Source: Thermodesulfobacteriota bacterium (GTDB lineage: Bacteria; Desulfobacterota; Desulfobulbia; Desulfobulbales; SURF-16). From it: a DNA stretch of 62,750 nt. The stretch spans positions 1-62,750 of the forward strand of contig JBFMAY010000025.1 of NCBI GenBank assembly GCA_040755455.1, in the 5' to 3' direction. The translations under genes and the position numbers were made by a program. Below are positions 57,998-62,750 of this stretch, in pieces (positions within the stretch are counted from its first letter, which is position 1; each line of letters begins with the position of its first letter). The notes under the pieces were generated by a model. That model searched no databases and was not told the origin of the DNA. It saw only the letters and a program-made list of their open reading frames with translations.

Positions 57998-59613
57998 GGC
58001 TTGCCCTCCCTGCCGAACAGGGGAAGCTGAACCGGCTCCACCGGTTTTTGCGGCAGGTTTTCGACGTTCAGGCTGTAGTCGTCATGGCCCCATTCGCAGC
58101 GGGCCAGCACCTGGCGCGGGATTTTCTTGACCGTGAGACTGGCATAATCGCCCTGGCCCCGGAAAGCGGTGCAGAGCACCAGCAGCGACCGCTCCGCCCC
58201 CACCTCGTCCGAGAGTTCCTGCAACTGCTCGTGGGTGAGGGCGGCGGTGGTGACGTAGATGAAATCCTGTTCGGTGGAATGGCCGTGCTGCCAGTAGATG
58301 GAATCGGATGGCGCGTAACTAAATCCCTCCAGCTTGCAGAGGGCCTCGGCCAGCATGGCGGCGTTGTAAGTCTGGTTGATGACCCAGTTGCCCCATTTGT
58401 CCTTTGCCAGAAGCGAAGGGGCCAGGCGGTAGTAGCGAAAGCCGCCGCCGCCCTGCCAGTTGACCGCTTTGGTGATGCCGCCGGGGTCCTCGTTATCGAT
58501 GACCTTTTTCAGGCGGGGAATGATATGGGTGCGGCAGTGCTCGCCCAGTTCCACCATGATCCAACGCCGGCCCATCTTATGGGCCACCGCGCCGGTGGTG
58601 CCGGAACCGGCGAAGGAGTCGAGGACGAGGTCGCCGGGGTTGGTGGAGATTTCAAGGACGCGCCCCAAAAGGCGTTCTGGCTTTGGTGTTCCAAAAACAT
58701 CAGCGCCGAACAAGGCAACAATCTCCTTTTTGGCATCTTGTGTATGTCCTACCTCCTCGTAAGGCCAGATAGTTTGCGGAACCACGCCTTGCTTAACTTC
58801 AGATAGAAATCGTTTTAATTGTGGGATCGAGTCACCAGTTTTTCCCCACCAAATTCTTCTGTCTTCGTCCAATTCTGTGAGTTTATCTTTTGAGATCGAC
58901 CAATATCTTCCTTTAGGCGGTCCTTCTATAACCCTGCCAGAAGGGCAAGTGATTGGATAAATTCCAAGTGAATACGGGTTCCGTGCAGATAGGTCACTGG
59001 TTTTCCATAAACCTCTTTGGTCGTTATCTGGATTCTTGTAAGCCTTGTCCTGTTTTTCGGAACGTGGCATAGGGTTAGGTTTCCAGGTGGATTCGCCCTT
59101 AGCGTAGATCAATATATAATCGTGATCTACGGATAAATGCTTTGCGCTTGATTTTGGGGCGTAATTTTTTCGCCAAATCACGGATGCAATAAAATTCCCC
59201 CGCCCGAACACCTCGTCGCACAACACCTTCAAATAATGGCACTCGTTGTCGTCAATCGTGATCCACAGCGACCCGTCCTCAGAAAGCAGCCGCCGGAGAA
59301 TCTCCAGCCGGTCCCGCATCAGCGACAGCCAGATGGAATGCTCCAGCCCGTCGTCATAATGGGTAAAGGCCGAACCGGTATTGTACGGCGGATCGATGAA
59401 AATGCACTTCACCTTGCCGGAGAACTCCTGCTCCAGGGCCTTCAGGGCCAGCAGGTTGTCGCCGAAAATCAGCCGGTTGTCGAAGATATCGTTTTCCGTC
59501 ACCCGGTGCACCGCATGATAGGACAACTCCGGATCTTCCAGCAGGATGCGCGGCTCCAGCCGCGGCCGCTCCTCCTTGCCGATCCAGGTCAGTTCGAGTT
59601 TTTGCTTTTTCAT
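57994..59613 (-). CDS. mod: type III restriction-modification methyltransferase (Mod, beta-class adenine MTase)
   Basis: GDNLLAL, IDPPYNTG, TPKPE, LDSFAGSGTT. Confidence 0.92.
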   Translation of the reverse strand: MKKQKLELTWIGKEERPRLEPRILLEDPELSYHAVHRVTENDIFDNRLIFGDNLLALKALEQEFSGKVKCIFIDPPYNTGSAFTHYDDGLEHSIWLSLMRDRLEILRRLLSEDGSLWITIDDNECHYLKVLCDEVFGRGNFIASVIWRKNYAPKSSAKHLSVDHDYILIYAKGESTWKPNPMPRSEKQDKAYKNPDNDQRGLWKTSDLSARNPYSLGIYPITCPSGRVIEGPPKGRYWSISKDKLTELDEDRRIWWGKTGDSIPQLKRFLSEVKQGVVPQTIWPYEEVGHTQDAKKEIVALFGADVFGTPKPERLLGRVLEISTNPGDLVLDSFAGSGTTGAVAHKMGRRWIMVELGEHCRTHIIPRLKKVIDNEDPGGITKAVNWQGGGGFRYYRLAPSLLAKDKWGNWVINQTYNAAMLAEALCKLEGFSYAPSDSIYWQHGHSTEQDFIYVTTAALTHEQLQELSDEVGAERSLLVLCTAFRGQGDYASLTVKKIPRQVLARCEWGHDDYSLNVENLPQKPVEPVQLPLFGREGKP

Positions 59614-59714
59614 TGTGATACGTAACAACTTATTGTTTAAACTTAATAAAACCGTTTTTTCCGTTTTTGAGTGAAGTAAAAAAACGTCCTACCCATCAGC
59701 CAGCTTCATTCCTA

Positions 59715-62576
59715 TTAAGCCTCAAGACTCCACCTGATCACCAAGATTCGATTCAATGCGGCCTTCTGCTGCAGTTTCCCTTCGATCTGGGCGATCAACT
59801 CGTCCCGTTGCCGGTCTATCTCATCCTGGGCATCGAACAACGAACGCCGTTTCTGGTTCCGCTGTCCTTCCAAAGTTTTAATCTGTTTTTGTCCAGCCAG
59901 CTTTTCCTCCAGGGTAAGGGCGGCGGTGGCTGCCCGGCGGGCTTCCTTGATCTGACGGTCAAGCTCCTTGATTTCCCGTTCCAGGCCGACCTTCAGGTCA
60001 TCGGCCCAACCGTCCAATTTATCGGCCTCGGCCTCGAAGAAACGGGCATTCCGTTCCGAGATTTCCCGCTGAATGGCGGTTTGACGCTGGCTGGTAAAGG
60101 TGCTCAACGGTTCGGCTGGTGGGGGTATGGAGACGGCATCGGCGACTTCCCCCGGCAGACTGAGGAGACGGCGGGCGGTTTCCTCCTCCAGAGATTGTCC
60201 ATCATCGGTAACCGCCGCCAGGATGAGATGGTCTTCCGCCTGGTCAAGGGATTCGATGGTGAAGAGGCAGGCGGTGAGCCAACCGGATTGTCCGCGCAAT
60301 GGTTCAAGGATGGTGACCTTGCCGTCGTGGCGGCCGTAATCGAAACGGATTTCGGCAGGCGGCAGATCCCGTGCCTTGGCCTGGGTCAGCAAGGCCCCAG
60401 CCAGCGGGTGGTTCAGGCGGTAGAGATGCGCCTCACCCGACCGGCGGGGCAATTCATAAAGCCCCAAGGGGATGGCATTGGCCAGGGGCGGAAAAGGGTG
60501 GTTGTTCAGGCGGAATGAGGCATCGCTTACGAACTCGGCCAGATCTCCCAGTTCATGCCGGGTAAGCTGCATCAACAGCCGTTCATAGCGGTTGAGATAG
60601 CCTCGGGTCGCCTCATCGCGAATTCGCAGTTTCTCGCGAACCTCGTCGTCAAAATGTTCCAGCAGTTTTTGGCGGGTCCGGGTCATCGATTCGTTGATCT
60701 CCATGCTCAGTTCGAGCTGAAGCTGATCAAAGGCCTGCTGGATATCCTCAGTTCTGCGGCATTGCTGGTAGATGGCGGCGATGCGTTTCTCGAAATCCAC
60801 CCCGCTCTCGATGGAACCCAACACCTCGTCGCTGGCCCCGAAAACACCCTCAAAAAGCTGGAATTTTTCGGAGAGCAATTGGAATACACGTTGATCGGCG
60901 GCGTTTTTGCGGTTGAGGAAGTTGACCACCACCACGTCATGCTTCTGGCCGTAACGGTGGCAGCGGCCGATGCGCTGCTCGATCCGTTGCGGGTTCCAGG
61001 GCAGGTCGTAATTGACCACCAAGGAGCAGAACTGGAGGTTAATCCCCTCGGCTCCGGCCTCGGTGGCGATCATGATCCGCCCCTCTTCCCGGAAGTAATC
61101 GACCAGGGCCGAGCGCATGTCTGCGGTACGGGAACCGGTGACCCGGTCACTGTCCCGGTGGCGCTCCAGCCAGCGGGAGTTAATGATCCTGGATACTTTA
61201 TCATTGTTTGAACCGTTGAACAGCACAATCCCTTCGGCAAAGGGGCTGTCGGATAACAGCCGCAGCAGGTAATTCTGGGTACGGCGGGATTCGGTGAAGA
61301 TGATGGCCTTCTCAGCCGCGCCGATTTCGCGGGCTTTGGCAAAGGCGACATACAGGGCCTTGAGCAGGGCCTTGCCTTTGGCGTTATGGTCGATGGAGGT
61401 GGCCAGCGCGGTGAAGGAATCGAGATCGTTGATCTCCTGGGCAATGGCGGCGCGATCCGCCTCGGTAAGGGGTTCGGGCGGCTCTTCGTTGTTCCACTCC
61501 TCGGCGGTTTCATCCAGCGCCTCATAGTCCTCGTCCAACTCCTCTTCAAGGGGTTTAAGCAGTTGCTGCCGGCGAAGCTTGGCCTTAAGCCGCTCGGAGA
61601 GTGAAGTAAGCGCCCCGGCTATGGCAAAGGTGGAGGAGGCCAGGAGTTTGCGCAGGACCAGGGTCATCAGGGAGCGCTGACTGGACGGCAGGGCCTGAAG
61701 ATTATCGCGCTGGAGATACTCGGAAACCAGATGATAGAGCCGGTCCTCGCTTTCCTCAGGGGTGAACTCCTCAACAATTGGCAGGCGTCTGGTGTAGGGG
61801 ATGTAGGCCGTGACCTGCCTGCGCAAGGTACGATGACAGATCGGCCGCAACCGCGCCTTAAGGGTCTCGAAAACCAGTTCCTGATTGAGGTTCGCAAATT
61901 GTTCCCGGAAGCTTTTCAGGTCACCGAAGGTATGCTCGTCGATGAAACTGACCAGGCCATACAACTCCAGCAGAGAGTTCTGTAAAGGCGTTGCGGTCAG
62001 GAGAAGCTTGTCTTTTCCCGCCAGGGCCATCTTCAGGGTATTGGCGATGACATTCGAGGGCTTGTAGACGTTACGGAGACGATGCGCCTCGTCGATCACC
62101 ACCAGATCCCAGGAAATAGCGTGGACATCAGCCGCCTTGTTCCGGGCAAATTGATATGAGCAGATGACAATTTCCTCTCCCTCGAAGGGACGGAAAAATC
62201 CATGCTTGATGGCGGCGTTATACGACTTGGCCTCCAGCAGCCGGCAGGGAAGAAAAAACTTTTCGGTCAGTTCCTGGTACCACTGCTTGCGAAGGTTGGA
62301 CGGGGTGATGATCAGAATGCGGCGCTGCCGCTCGGCCCACTTCTGGGAGAGAACCAGGCCGGCTTCGATGGTCTTGCCAAGACCAACCTCATCGGCCAAA
62401 AGGGCACCGGACGAAAAAGGAGAATGAAAGGCAAAAAGTGCAGCGTCGACCTGATGCGGATTAAGATCAACCTGGGCATCGACCAGGGCCGCTGCCAGCT
62501 TCTCAACGCTATCCGAGGGGCAACGCCGAGTCAGTTCATAAGCAATATATTTGCTCTGGTAATCGGTGATTATCAT
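59715..62576 (-). CDS. SNF2-family helicase with C-terminal coiled coil
   Basis: LNPHQ, LADEVGLGKT, DEAH, TATPLQN, EGINLQ, YDLPWNP.RIEQRIGR. Confidence 0.92.
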   Translation of the reverse strand: MIITDYQSKYIAYELTRRCPSDSVEKLAAALVDAQVDLNPHQVDAALFAFHSPFSSGALLADEVGLGKTIEAGLVLSQKWAERQRRILIITPSNLRKQWYQELTEKFFLPCRLLEAKSYNAAIKHGFFRPFEGEEIVICSYQFARNKAADVHAISWDLVVIDEAHRLRNVYKPSNVIANTLKMALAGKDKLLLTATPLQNSLLELYGLVSFIDEHTFGDLKSFREQFANLNQELVFETLKARLRPICHRTLRRQVTAYIPYTRRLPIVEEFTPEESEDRLYHLVSEYLQRDNLQALPSSQRSLMTLVLRKLLASSTFAIAGALTSLSERLKAKLRRQQLLKPLEEELDEDYEALDETAEEWNNEEPPEPLTEADRAAIAQEINDLDSFTALATSIDHNAKGKALLKALYVAFAKAREIGAAEKAIIFTESRRTQNYLLRLLSDSPFAEGIVLFNGSNNDKVSRIINSRWLERHRDSDRVTGSRTADMRSALVDYFREEGRIMIATEAGAEGINLQFCSLVVNYDLPWNPQRIEQRIGRCHRYGQKHDVVVVNFLNRKNAADQRVFQLLSEKFQLFEGVFGASDEVLGSIESGVDFEKRIAAIYQQCRRTEDIQQAFDQLQLELSMEINESMTRTRQKLLEHFDDEVREKLRIRDEATRGYLNRYERLLMQLTRHELGDLAEFVSDASFRLNNHPFPPLANAIPLGLYELPRRSGEAHLYRLNHPLAGALLTQAKARDLPPAEIRFDYGRHDGKVTILEPLRGQSGWLTACLFTIESLDQAEDHLILAAVTDDGQSLEEETARRLLSLPGEVADAVSIPPPAEPLSTFTSQRQTAIQREISERNARFFEAEADKLDGWADDLKVGLEREIKELDRQIKEARRAATAALTLEEKLAGQKQIKTLEGQRNQKRRSLFDAQDEIDRQRDELIAQIEGKLQQKAALNRILVIRWSLEA

Positions 62577-62750
62577 TTAATCCAAACTATTTCAAAAAAA
62601 TCGTGGCTTTGTCAGAAACATACTGAGCCTTTTGCAAAATGAACGTCGTAGCGAGATCGAGAGAAAAATTTTCTGTGCAAGGATGAGTTTGTGCCCCCGG
62701 AAGCATAGCAGTGCTACGTTGAGGACATTTTTGGCCGATCGGAGTAGCTG

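Noticed and set aside
56960..58806. Long plus-strand ORFs opposite yhcG and mod
   Set aside because: Antisense shadows with no recognisable domains.
57994..59613. Phase-variable mod (phasevarion)
   Set aside because: No simple-sequence repeat tract seen in the gene.
54243..62576. DISARM or BREX assignment
   Set aside because: No DrmA/DrmB/DrmC or PglZ/BrxC in the window; Mod and Res are type III-like.

Overview
GC-rich bacterial chromosome segment, most consistent with a Desulfobulbaceae-like deltaproteobacterium (inferred from gene content and protein sequences). The housekeeping backbone includes rpsU (partial), a glcD-like oxidase, ddl, serS, moeA, mobA, a HIT protein, mtaD, pcm, a bamE-like gene, tRNA-Phe, fusA and a His6-type hisA. 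Accessory modules: (1) a Ser/Thr-phosphorylation/cAMP cluster (FHA-adenylate cyclase, double-FHA, kinase-TPR-WD40, PP2C, with a divergent HDOD-GAF gene) whose four co-oriented proteins each carry an acidic x-x-T-V motif; (2) a collapsed tRNA-Phe island (integrase stub, decayed IS5, degenerate attR); (3) a 130-bp MITE nested in a REP-like palindrome; (4) a CheD-HDOD / hybrid kinase / HD-GYP signalling run; (5) a tandemly duplicated sigma54 operon of small membrane proteins, the longest with an HmcD-like tail; (6) a divergent peroxiredoxin / pentaheme cytochrome pair with a PerR-like box; (7) yhiI-rbbA-yhhJ; (8) an AT-richer L,D-transpeptidase / Lpp-OprI-like lipoprotein / L,D-transpeptidase cassette; (9) a liv ABC operon with a frameshifted livK; (10) a SNF2-Mod-YhcG-Res type III restriction-modification locus. 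No CRISPR array or rRNA was seen. All family assignments are from motif recognition by eye; no database searches were run.
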